Positions 19,860-28,222 of a stretch of 64,000 nucleotides of DNA are shown here, piece by piece; position 1 is the first letter of the stretch; each line of letters starts with the position of its first letter. Position numbers and translations under genes: made by a program. The stretch spans positions 17,105 to 81,104 of the forward strand of contig CAVPFP010000029.1 in assembly GCA_963703775.1 (NCBI GenBank). Reading direction: 5' to 3'. Under the pieces are notes generated by a model that saw nothing but the letters and a program-made list of their open reading frames with translations, was not told the origin of the DNA and made no database searches. This DNA is from an uncultured Solirubrobacterales bacterium (GTDB lineage Bacteria > Actinomycetota > Thermoleophilia > Solirubrobacterales > Solirubrobacteraceae).

Positions 19860-19886
19860 CGGTTTGAGGGCAAAGCCCTCAAACCG
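19860..19886. terminator. perfect 12-bp-stem hairpin between convergent odhA and nucS
   Basis: CGGTTTGAGGGC-AAA-GCCCTCAAACCG read directly. It overlaps the nucS stop codon (19879-19881). There is no U-tract, so function as a terminator is inferred only. Confidence 0.35.
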
Positions 19887-20556
19887 CGAACAGCTTCAGC
19901 TCAGGCTCGCGCGTCCCGCGCAGCTCTTCGAGCGAGACCTCGACGCAGGTGATGCCGCGCGCGCCGGCGAGGGTGCGGGCCTGGGGCTTGATCGTCTGGG
20001 CTACGAGAACCCCACGGCAGTCCGCCATCGCGGGGTCGAGGCGGATTCGCTCCAGGTAGCGAGCCAGCTGCTCCACCGCCTCAATCGTGCCGCTGCGTTT
20101 GATCTCGACCGCGATCCAGCCGTCGGCGTCGTCGCGGCACATCAAGTCAACCGGGCCGATGTCGGTCGGCCATTCACGGCGCACGAGGCGAAACCCCTCG
20201 CCGCAGTGGACGGGACGCTCCGCGAGCAGCTCCTGCAGGTCGCGCTCGACGCCGTCCTTCTCGAGCGGAATCGCCAGATCGACCTCGTGGGAGATGTCGG
20301 CGAGAACCTCCTCGATAGTCACCTCGAGGCGCTCGTTGCCATTGAGCTTTCTGATTTCGATCCGCTCGGGCGGCTCCCCCTCGATGTCGACCGCCGTGGG
20401 CGGGGTCATCCAGTTGAGCGGCTTGTATCCACCGCTGTCCGCGTGCACGAGCAGCGAGCCGTCGGCCTTCAGAACCAGCAGCCGCACCGCCATCGGCAGT
20501 GTCGTCGAAAGACGACCGCTGTAGGAGACGGCGCAGCGAGCAACGATAAGACGCAT
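19879..20556 (-). CDS. nucS: endonuclease NucS (EndoMS, non-canonical mismatch repair)
   Basis: ATG at 20556 within track ORF 19879..20580: MRLIVARCAVSYSGRLSTTLPMAVRLLVLKADGSLLVHADSGGYKPLNWM..REWPTDIGPVDLMCRDDADGWIAVEIKR.. Confidence 0.9.
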   Translation of the reverse strand: MRLIVARCAVSYSGRLSTTLPMAVRLLVLKADGSLLVHADSGGYKPLNWMTPPTAVDIEGEPPERIEIRKLNGNERLEVTIEEVLADISHEVDLAIPLEKDGVERDLQELLAERPVHCGEGFRLVRREWPTDIGPVDLMCRDDADGWIAVEIKRSGTIEAVEQLARYLERIRLDPAMADCRGVLVAQTIKPQARTLAGARGITCVEVSLEELRGTREPELKLFAV

Positions 20557-20912
20557 GACGGCAGGCCAGGTTACGGACACGCCTGGATGCCGGTCACGCC
20601 GGGGATCGGCCGAACCCGCTAAGACGGCGAAAAGGTCACAGACCGGACGCAGCGTTTTGCCTCAAGTTGGGCGTTGTGCGGCCGCCGGTGACTGGACCGA
20701 GCCCTCGACGGCGCGTAGCTTCCGACAGCATGCAAACGTCGCGCGCCACACCCATCGAGGTCGGGGCGCCGGCCTGGCAAGCGCGCCGACTGAACGAGAG
20801 CATCCTCTGCGCACTGGTCGCGCGTGAGTGGCAGTGGCGGGGTCACTCGGTCGTCGAGCTCGCGCTCGGACCGCGGCCAGCGTGGCGGCAGGGATCGGCG
20901 AAGAGCGCCTGG

Positions 20913-21416
20913 ATGACCGAACAGCGCGCCGAGCAAACGATGCGCGCATTGGAGGAGCGCCTGCGTCAGGCCGAGCGGACCGTTCACGCGCGCGCGCAGG
21001 TTGCCGAGCCGCTCACGCCGCGGCTGCGCTACGCGCTCGCGGTCCATGCCTCTGCGCTCGCCCGCTGCCCGAGCCACGACCACCCGGACTCTCTGCGAGC
21101 AGAGGCGCGAGTGCTCGAGGCGGACGCGGCGTTACTCGAGCAGTCGGCTCCGCCGGAGGAGGTGCTCGACCTGCGGATCGCCGCGCTCCGGCGCCGCTGG
21201 GAAGCCGCCGAGCGCTCGCCGCGGATTGGCGCAGCCGGACGGATGCAGGCATTTCGGCGCCTTGTCGAGGCTGCGGCAGCGGGGGAGATCCGCATTGCGC
21301 GGCCGAACGCCGAAGCATCGCCCGCGCGGGCGGCTACGCTGCCGGGAGGACGCGCCGGCGGGCCTCGCGCATCCGATCACGCAGGTCGAGGAGCTCTGCG
21401 CCGGCGCCCAGCTTGA
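20913..21416 (+). CDS. hypothetical helical protein
   Basis: ATG at 20913 within track ORF 20667..21416. The core MTEQRAEQTMRALEERLRQAERTVH..LDLRIAALRRRWEAAERS.. is protein-like. The last ~80 nt overlap the convergent J-domain gene and look non-coding. Confidence 0.35.
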   Translation: MTEQRAEQTMRALEERLRQAERTVHARAQVAEPLTPRLRYALAVHASALARCPSHDHPDSLRAEARVLEADAALLEQSAPPEEVLDLRIAALRRRWEAAERSPRIGAAGRMQAFRRLVEAAAAGEIRIARPNAEASPARAATLPGGRAGGPRASDHAGRGALRRRPA

Positions 21417-22578
21417 GCGCGGTCGCGCAAGCGTCGAGGCAGTCGCTGATGCGGTCGGTGCGAGCGAGCGCGTGGGCGAGGCGAACCCAGGCGTCGACCG
21501 ATTGCGGTTCGAGCTGCGTGGCCGCTTCGCAGGCGGAAAGCTCGCCGCCAAGATCGCCACTGAGCGCCAGAGCGAGCGCGAGGTCGAGCAGGCCCTCGAC
21601 GCTCGGGCGAAGCGTCTGAGCGCGGCGCAGAGCGTCGGCCGCAGCTGAGGGATCATGCAGGCGCAGGCGTAGCCGACCGAGCCGCTCCCACTCGCGCGCG
21701 TCGCCCGGCGCGCGGTCGGCCGCACGTTCCGCAGCTTCCGCCGCCAGGTCGATGGCGCCCATGTCCTCATAGATGCGGGCGGCGAATCGGTGAGCGGCCG
21801 GACGCGCGCCATCGATGCGCGCCCAATCACGGACGGCACGGCCCGCCGCCTCGAGGTTGCCCGCCTGCCAGAAGGCGAGCGTCATCAGGCGCAGTACCGC
21901 GACGTTCGTCGGATCGGCGTCGCGCGCATAGATCAGCCGCTGCGCCGCGAGCGCGTAATCACCTTCGGCGAGCGCGTGCGTCGCGGCGGTCATGAAGCGC
22001 TCGAGCCGGTCGGCGCCGGCATCGGGCTTTGAGAAGTCCACGAAGCTGAGGCTCCCCGCCGGGACGGTGCGAACCCCCGCGGCGAAAAGGACCCGCGCCC
22101 ACTGCTTGACCTCGTCGCCATCGCCGCTGAAGTAGATGCCGGTGACACTGCCGACGCCCCACTCCGGGTAGCTCAGACAGCGCGCGTAGCGGTGGACGAC
22201 CGAATGGTCGGGAAGGCGATCGGCGAACGGGTCGTGCTTCGCGCGGTCAGCGGCGGCGGTGCGCGCGCGCTCCGCTGCCTCGTACGCGCGCTGCCCCTCC
22301 TCCTCGCGCGCTCGGCGCGTCGCCGCGGCCGAGACCTTGACCGCGCCGAGTGTGATCTTCCCCCCACGCGACCCCTCGGCGAGGCTCTCGAGCTCGTCCG
22401 CCGCGTCGTTGATCGCCTGGAGGTGACGCTGGTGCTCGTGCGCGCGGCCCGGCGGGGCGATGTCCGGATGCCAGCGCTTTGCCATCCGCCGCCGCGCAAG
22501 CTGGACGTCGCGCACGCCAAACGGGGGCTCGAGCTCGAGCAGCAGCATCGCCTGCTCCAGATCAAAGACGTTCGCCAT
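21334..22578 (-). CDS. J-domain protein with central unknown domain and C-terminal TPR repeats
   Basis: Track ORF of 414 aa. J domain with HPD (..RRRMAKRWHPDIAPPG..). The C-terminal half has TPR-like helical repeats (..LAFWQAGNLEAAGRAVRDWARID..ARIYEDMGAIDLAAEAAERA..). Confidence 0.8.
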   Translation of the reverse strand: MANVFDLEQAMLLLELEPPFGVRDVQLARRRMAKRWHPDIAPPGRAHEHQRHLQAINDAADELESLAEGSRGGKITLGAVKVSAAATRRAREEEGQRAYEAAERARTAAADRAKHDPFADRLPDHSVVHRYARCLSYPEWGVGSVTGIYFSGDGDEVKQWARVLFAAGVRTVPAGSLSFVDFSKPDAGADRLERFMTAATHALAEGDYALAAQRLIYARDADPTNVAVLRLMTLAFWQAGNLEAAGRAVRDWARIDGARPAAHRFAARIYEDMGAIDLAAEAAERAADRAPGDAREWERLGRLRLRLHDPSAAADALRRAQTLRPSVEGLLDLALALALSGDLGGELSACEAATQLEPQSVDAWVRLAHALARTDRISDCLDACATALKLGAGAELLDLRDRMREARRRVLPAA

Positions 22579-22787
22579 CAGCTAAGCACGTTAGCGAGCG
22601 GCGCTGCGGAAACGGCCGTCGCTCGCCGACGTTAGGACGCGTGCCGCCCTGCTCCCCCGCCACAGTTACCCGCGCGAGCAGCCCCGCCGGCCAGGACCTC
22701 TTCCCCCGCGAATGAGCACCTCACCACAGGCGCCAATCTCACGCGGCGCGGCTACGAGCTGCACACCGCCGCGTATCCTCCGAGGCG

Positions 22788-24440
22788 ATGCCCGGTGAAT
22801 ACATCTTCCAGACCTACAAGCTCGGCAAGGTCCACCCGCCCGACCGCAAGGTGCTCGAAGACATCTCGCTTTCGTTCTTCTTCGGTGCGAAGGTCGGGGT
22901 CCTCGGCTACAACGGCGCCGGCAAGTCCAGCCTGTTGCGGATCATGGCCGGCGTCGACGGCGAATATCGCGGCGATGCGCAGCTGGCGCCCGGAGCGAAG
23001 GTTGGCCTGCTCGCGCAGGAGCCTGCGCTCGACCCGGCCAAGACGGTGCGGGAGAACGTGCTCGAGGGGGTGGGCGATCTCGTGGCGCTCGTCGAGCGCT
23101 TCAACGAGCTCGCGGCCAACTACTCCGATCAGACCGCCGACGAGTTCGCGCGCCTTCAGGAGCAGATCGACGCGGCGGATGCTTGGAACCTCGACACGAC
23201 CGTCGAGTATGCGATGGATGCGCTGCGCTGCCCGCCCGCGGACGCGGCGGTTGAGCACCTCTCCGGCGGTGAGCGCCGGCGCGTCGCGCTCTGCCGGCTG
23301 CTGCTGAGCCAGCCCGACCTGCTGCTGCTCGACGAGCCGACCAACCATCTCGATGCCGAGTCGGTCGAGTGGTTGGAGCGCCACCTCGCCGAGTACAAGG
23401 GGACGGTGGTCGCCGTCACCCACGACCGCTATTTCCTCGACAACGTCGCCGGCTGGATCCTCGAGCTCGACCGCGGACGCGGGATCCCCTATCAGGGCAA
23501 CTACTCGGGTTGGCTCGAGCAGAAGCAGGCGCGCCTCGCGCAGAGCGAGAAGCAGGAGAAGGCGCGCCAGCGAACGATTGCCGCCGAGCTCGAATGGGTG
23601 CGCCAGAACCCGCGCGGTCGCCAAACGCGCAGCAAGGCGCGCCTCGCGCGCTACGAAGCGCTGCTCGCGGAGGAGACGGACGTCAAGCTCGACGAAGTCC
23701 AGATCCACATCCCGGCGGGGCCGCGACTCGGTGACCTCGTCATCGAGGCGCAGGGCCTGCGCAAGGCCTACGGCGAGAAGGTGTTGTTCGAGGATCTGTC
23801 GTTCTCACTGCCCCGTGGGGGCATCGTCGGCGTGATCGGACCGAACGGGGCGGGCAAGACGACGTTGATGCGACTGATCACAGCCCAGGAGGAGCCCGAC
23901 GGCGGCGAGCTGCGCGTCGGCGAGAGCGTCGAGCTCGCCTACGTCGACCAGTCGCGAGACGCGCTCGACGACGCGAAGTCGGTATGGGAGGAGATATCCG
24001 GCGGCCACGATCAGATCAAGGTCGGGGAGCAGTGGATGAGCTCGCGCCAGTACGTCGCCTCTTTCAACTTCAAGGGCTCCGACCAGCAGAAGCAGGTGGC
24101 CAAGCTCTCCGGTGGCGAGCGCAACCGCCTGCACCTGGCGAAGCTGTTGCGCAGCGGCGGCAACGTCCTGCTCCTCGACGAGCCGACCAACGACCTCGAC
24201 ATCGACACGCTGCGCGCCCTCGAGGAGGCTCTGCTGACCTTCGCCGGCTGCGCGGTCGTCGTCTCGCACGATCGCTGGTTTCTCGATCGCGTCGCCACGC
24301 ACGTGCTCGCCTTCGAAGGCGACAGCCGCGCAACGTGGTTCGAGGGCAACTTCGAGGCCTACGAGGAGCACCGCCGCGCCGTGCTCGGGCCCGAAGCCGA
24401 CCGCCCCAAGCGGATCACGTACAAGCGCCTCGTTCGCTGA
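22788..24440 (+). CDS. ettA: energy-dependent translational throttle protein EttA (ABC-F)
   Basis: Track ORF of 550 aa: MPGEYIFQTYKLGKVHPPDRKVLEDISLSFFFGAKVGVLGYNGAGKSSLLRIMAG.. Two NBDs with an inter-domain linker; diagnostic N-terminus. Confidence 0.95.
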   Translation: MPGEYIFQTYKLGKVHPPDRKVLEDISLSFFFGAKVGVLGYNGAGKSSLLRIMAGVDGEYRGDAQLAPGAKVGLLAQEPALDPAKTVRENVLEGVGDLVALVERFNELAANYSDQTADEFARLQEQIDAADAWNLDTTVEYAMDALRCPPADAAVEHLSGGERRRVALCRLLLSQPDLLLLDEPTNHLDAESVEWLERHLAEYKGTVVAVTHDRYFLDNVAGWILELDRGRGIPYQGNYSGWLEQKQARLAQSEKQEKARQRTIAAELEWVRQNPRGRQTRSKARLARYEALLAEETDVKLDEVQIHIPAGPRLGDLVIEAQGLRKAYGEKVLFEDLSFSLPRGGIVGVIGPNGAGKTTLMRLITAQEEPDGGELRVGESVELAYVDQSRDALDDAKSVWEEISGGHDQIKVGEQWMSSRQYVASFNFKGSDQQKQVAKLSGGERNRLHLAKLLRSGGNVLLLDEPTNDLDIDTLRALEEALLTFAGCAVVVSHDRWFLDRVATHVLAFEGDSRATWFEGNFEAYEEHRRAVLGPEADRPKRITYKRLVR

Positions 24441-24445
24441 GCTCG

Positions 24446-25138
24446 TCAGCCAGCGACCGCTCGCAGCGAGAGCGCGTCGCGCAGCTGACCGGCGTCAGGC
24501 AGGACAGCGTCGGCAGCCGTCAACTCGGCGGCGGAGTACGGGCCGGTGGCGATGGCGATGACGCGCAGGCCGTCGGCGCGGGCGCAGGCGATGTCCAGCG
24601 GGGTGTCGCCAATCACGGTCGTCAGGGCGCGCGAGTAAGGCGGTCCAGGGGCGCCGGCGCGCTCGCGGGCGATCGGTCCGAGCAGCTCGCGTTGCTCGGC
24701 GTCCGATCCAAAGGCGCCCTGGCCCACGGGAAAGTAGTGGGCGATGCCGGCACGCTCGAGCTTGAGTCGCGCGATCGGCTCGTAGTTGCCGGTCAGTAGC
24801 GACAGCCTGACCGTCCGCTCGCGCGAGAGCGCGTCCAGCACCTCGACAACTCCCGGGGCAACGTGCGAGGCGAGGCTCGCCGGGCAGCATCGTAGGAACG
24901 AACCGGTGCACGCTGCCTGAAACTCCTCGAGCCGGGCGTCGAAGCGCCCCTCGGGTAGGCCGCAGGCGACCGCGAGATCGCGTGCGATCTGCGTATCTGT
25001 CCGCCCCGCCGCGGCGACGGCCTGCGAACCCGGATCGTCGAGCCCGTAGACGCGCGTCAGCGCGTCCAGCAGCGCACGGCGGTGCGGATCGCTGGCGCGC
25101 AGCAGCAAGGTCCCGTCGATGTCGAAAAGCAGGAGCAC
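24446..25138 (-). CDS. HAD-superfamily hydrolase (phosphoglycolate phosphatase-like)
   Basis: Track ORF of 230 aa with motif I LLLFDIDGTLL and the later ..VIGDTPLDI.. motif. Confidence 0.85.
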   Translation of the reverse strand: MLLLFDIDGTLLLRASDPHRRALLDALTRVYGLDDPGSQAVAAAGRTDTQIARDLAVACGLPEGRFDARLEEFQAACTGSFLRCCPASLASHVAPGVVEVLDALSRERTVRLSLLTGNYEPIARLKLERAGIAHYFPVGQGAFGSDAEQRELLGPIARERAGAPGPPYSRALTTVIGDTPLDIACARADGLRVIAIATGPYSAAELTAADAVLPDAGQLRDALSLRAVAG

Positions 25139-25298
25139 AGCGGCATTCTTGCGAGTCGAACATCCGTCAAAGAAGCTCGACGGCTAGCCCTGGACGGACG
25201 ATGACCAACCATAGGCGCGCAGCGATCCGGCCGAAAGGAAGCCGATACCCGACCATACACACCGCTCGGGCTCGCGCGGACTGCGGCGACGCCCCCTC

Positions 25299-27509
25299 TT
25301 GACCTGTGCGCTCTCGGAAGCGGGCGACACGATGATCGAGGTCGTATGCGCGGCGCTGATCGTCGCGCTGGTCGCCGCTGCCGTCTTCACCGGGCTTTCC
25401 GCGGCCGCCCACATCTCGGGCACCCAGCGACATCAGTCGGTGGCGATCGAGCTGGCCCAGCAGGACGAGCAGCGCCTGCGTGGCCTCACGGTCCAGGAGC
25501 TCGTGGCAAGCGCGTCGGGCGGCTGTGCGAGCACGGCGCCGCTCGATGGCAACGGCTGCTACACGCAGACAATCGACAACCAGACCTACACGATCAGCTC
25601 AACTGCGCAGTTCTACTCGGCCTCGAACGGGTCGCAGTCATGCACCACCTCGAGCGTCGGCAGCGCCGACTACATCGCGACGACCTCGAAGATCACCTGG
25701 CAGAACACCACCAGTCAGCCGGTCGAGGAGCACAGCCTGATCACGCCAGCGAGCGGCGGACAGATAGTCGTCGCGGTACAGGACAACGCCCAGTCGCCCA
25801 CGACGGGCCTTTCCGGCGCGACCGTCACGATCACCGGGCCCGGGACGAACACCTCGACGCAGACGCAGACGACCGACAGCTCCGGCTGCGCGCTGTTCGT
25901 CGCCGTCACCGCGGGCAGCTACAGCGTCAGCGCGACGATCCCAGGCCCCTACGTCGCATACGGCGGCACCACGACGCAGTCCGTCCAGCTCGCCAACAAC
26001 CAGACGCAGACGGTCACGTTCAACGCTGCCCGAGCCGCGACGGTCAACGCCAGCTTCCAAACGGCCGTAAACGGGACGGCAAGCGCGATCCCCTTCGATA
26101 CCTTCTCCCTGGCGGCAACTAGCGAGTCCGCGGCGCAGTCGTTCGGCACCGTCGGTAGCTACGCAACGCCGCCGAGCACGGTCAGCTCAGGTGCGGGTCT
26201 GTATCCCTACTCGAGCGGCTACAACGCCTACGCCGGCACGTGCACGTCCGACGACCCGGGCTCGAGCCTCGACACGCCCGTGACCGTCACGGAGGGCGGC
26301 ACGACGCCGGCGACGGTGAACGTGCCGTCGATGCTGCTCGGGCTGACGAGTTCGTTCACGAGCCCGGGCGGAACCACGGAGGTCGACGACAGCAACTCGT
26401 CGGTGACGTTCGCGCAGGGCACCGGGTCGAGCAACGGCTGGACGACGCAGGGCAGCACGCCAGGCGACTACAACAGCGCCGAGCACTACAGCAACGTCGC
26501 CGGCAACGCAGCGAGCTACACGTTCACTGGAACGAGCATCACCTGGGTCACGAAGCTGTACTCGAACCATGGGTACGCCGACGTTTACATCGACGGCACT
26601 GACCTCGCGCACAACATCAACACGTACAGCGCCTCGACCATGTACCAGTACCAGGCCTTCACCTACGTCTGGCCGACGTCAGGCACGCACACGATCAAGG
26701 TCGTCGACGATGGTGGCACACCGCCGGGCTCGAGCGGTAGCTATATCGCGATCGACGCATTCATCGTCGGAACATACACGCCGACGCAGGTTCCGAACAC
26801 GAGCGCGTCAATCGCCTACACCGGCACTTGGGGGTCGTACACGAACAGCTCTGAATACAGCGGCAGCGAACACAACAACGGCGTCGCCGGAAGCACAGCA
26901 AGTCTCACCTTCACCGGCACGAGCGTGGCGTGGATCACATCCGAGTGGCCGGATCACGGCTACGCCGACGTCTACATGGACGGCACTGACGTCGCGCCAA
27001 ATGTCGATACGTACGCAGCGAGTGCGACCTTCCAGGTCGAGGCGTTCGAAGAGAACTGGACAACCTCGGGAACTCACACCATCAAGGTGTACGTCGACGG
27101 GAGACACGACGGCAGCTCCACAGGCAACAACGTCTCGATCGACGAGTTCATCGTCGCCAACGCGCAGTCCTCGTCAACCACGTCTGTCACGAGCTGGCCG
27201 GGCAGCTGGGCGATGAAGACCTACGACTCATGCTCGACGCCGGTCGCACGCCCGCTGCCGAGCAACCCGGTCGCGACCACCGTGAGCAGTCAGACGGTGT
27301 TCCCGGTACCCGCGCCCTACGGCAGCTCACTCCAGGTCTGCATCGCGAACAGCGGCACGAATACGAACACCGGCGCGCTCCCGTCAGGCTCGACGCAGCT
27401 CTCGAACACTGATTTCACCGGCAGGACGATCCAGTCGCTCACGTTGCCCACATCGAGCACGGCCACCGGCAACAGCGCCGTGTTCGCCAACAGCGGGAGC
27501 TGTCCATGA
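25299..27509 (+). CDS. giant pilin-like protein: weak prepilin-type N-terminus + CarboxypepD_reg-like domain + two tandem CBM/lectin-like domains
   Basis: Track ORF of 736 aa with a TTG start. N-terminus ..SEAG/DTMIEVVCAALIVALVAAAVF has Glu at +5 after Gly. Residues ~153-245 are an Ig-like beta-sandwich (GATVTITGPGT..TDSSGCALF..AGSYSVSA). Residues ~363-490 and ~499-619 are a duplicated domain. An alternative ATG at 25332 would remove the leader. Confidence 0.7.
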   Translation: MTCALSEAGDTMIEVVCAALIVALVAAAVFTGLSAAAHISGTQRHQSVAIELAQQDEQRLRGLTVQELVASASGGCASTAPLDGNGCYTQTIDNQTYTISSTAQFYSASNGSQSCTTSSVGSADYIATTSKITWQNTTSQPVEEHSLITPASGGQIVVAVQDNAQSPTTGLSGATVTITGPGTNTSTQTQTTDSSGCALFVAVTAGSYSVSATIPGPYVAYGGTTTQSVQLANNQTQTVTFNAARAATVNASFQTAVNGTASAIPFDTFSLAATSESAAQSFGTVGSYATPPSTVSSGAGLYPYSSGYNAYAGTCTSDDPGSSLDTPVTVTEGGTTPATVNVPSMLLGLTSSFTSPGGTTEVDDSNSSVTFAQGTGSSNGWTTQGSTPGDYNSAEHYSNVAGNAASYTFTGTSITWVTKLYSNHGYADVYIDGTDLAHNINTYSASTMYQYQAFTYVWPTSGTHTIKVVDDGGTPPGSSGSYIAIDAFIVGTYTPTQVPNTSASIAYTGTWGSYTNSSEYSGSEHNNGVAGSTASLTFTGTSVAWITSEWPDHGYADVYMDGTDVAPNVDTYAASATFQVEAFEENWTTSGTHTIKVYVDGRHDGSSTGNNVSIDEFIVANAQSSSTTSVTSWPGSWAMKTYDSCSTPVARPLPSNPVATTVSSQTVFPVPAPYGSSLQVCIANSGTNTNTGALPSGSTQLSNTDFTGRTIQSLTLPTSSTATGNSAVFANSGSCP
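26385..27155 (+). repeat. intragenic tandem duplication of a ~125-aa carbohydrate-binding-like domain
   Basis: Copy 1: HYSNVAGNAASYTFTGTSITWVTKLYSNHGYADVYIDGTDLAHNINTYSASTMYQYQAFTYVWPTSGTHTIKVV..IAIDAFIV. Copy 2: EHNNGVAGSTASLTFTGTSVAWITSEWPDHGYADVYMDGTDVAPNVDTYAASATFQVEAFEENWTTSGTHTIKVY..VSIDEFIV. Confidence 0.75.
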
Positions 27510-28222
27510 GGCGGCGCAAGCAGATGCGCGATGAGCGCGGTTACACGCTGATCGAGATGATCGCGGCGACCGGCGCGGGGTTACTCGTGGCAGCTGCGGC
27601 GATGGCGCTACTCGCCACGAGCTACCACATGCTCTCCAACGGCGCAGACCGCGTCGATGCGAACCAGCAGGGGCGCGCGGCGCTCCTGCAGATCGAACAG
27701 CTTCTGAACTCGAGCTGCGTCGCCGGCGTCGGAGTGTCCCCGATCGTCGGCGTAAGCTCGGGCGGCTCGGGCGCACCCCCGAGCGGCGCGAACTCGATCA
27801 CGTTCTACGCGTCGCAGAGCGACTCACCAACCGCGGAGCCCAACGAATACGTTGTCTACCTCTCTGGCGGCGGAGCGCTCGATCTGGCGACGTATCCGTG
27901 GGTCAGCGGCTCGAATCCGGATTGGGTCTTCGCGACGTCGCCCAGCCCCGTGACCCCGCAAGTGCTGGTCACGCATGCAGCAACCACACCGGGCACCTCC
28001 GCGCTCTTCAGCTATTACAGCTACGCCTCGAGTGGCCAGCTGACATCTGCCGATCCAAGCTCGAGCTCGAGCATCGCTGCGGTCACGATCCAGTTCGAGG
28101 CGCTCGCGACCGACAACAACACGTCGATCGGAAATGGGGTCAACTTCTCGGACCAGGTCGTGCTACGCCTCACGCCAGTGTCCGGCACGCCGCCCACCAG
28201 CACGCCGGAGCCCTGCTCATGA
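27506..28222 (+). CDS. PilW-like minor pilin / pseudopilin with canonical prepilin N-methylation signal
   Basis: Track ORF of 238 aa: MRRRKQMRDERG/YTLIEMIAATGAGLLVAAAAMALL (Gly-1, Glu+5, hydrophobic helix). ATGA overlap with the preceding gene. Confidence 0.75.
   Translation: MRRRKQMRDERGYTLIEMIAATGAGLLVAAAAMALLATSYHMLSNGADRVDANQQGRAALLQIEQLLNSSCVAGVGVSPIVGVSSGGSGAPPSGANSITFYASQSDSPTAEPNEYVVYLSGGGALDLATYPWVSGSNPDWVFATSPSPVTPQVLVTHAATTPGTSALFSYYSYASSGQLTSADPSSSSSIAAVTIQFEALATDNNTSIGNGVNFSDQVVLRLTPVSGTPPTSTPEPCS

Noticed and set aside
20667-20912. Upstream 82 codons of track ORF 20667..21416
   Set aside because: This part is Arg/Pro/Trp-rich and not protein-like. The plausible coding part starts at ATG 20913, and even that call is weak.
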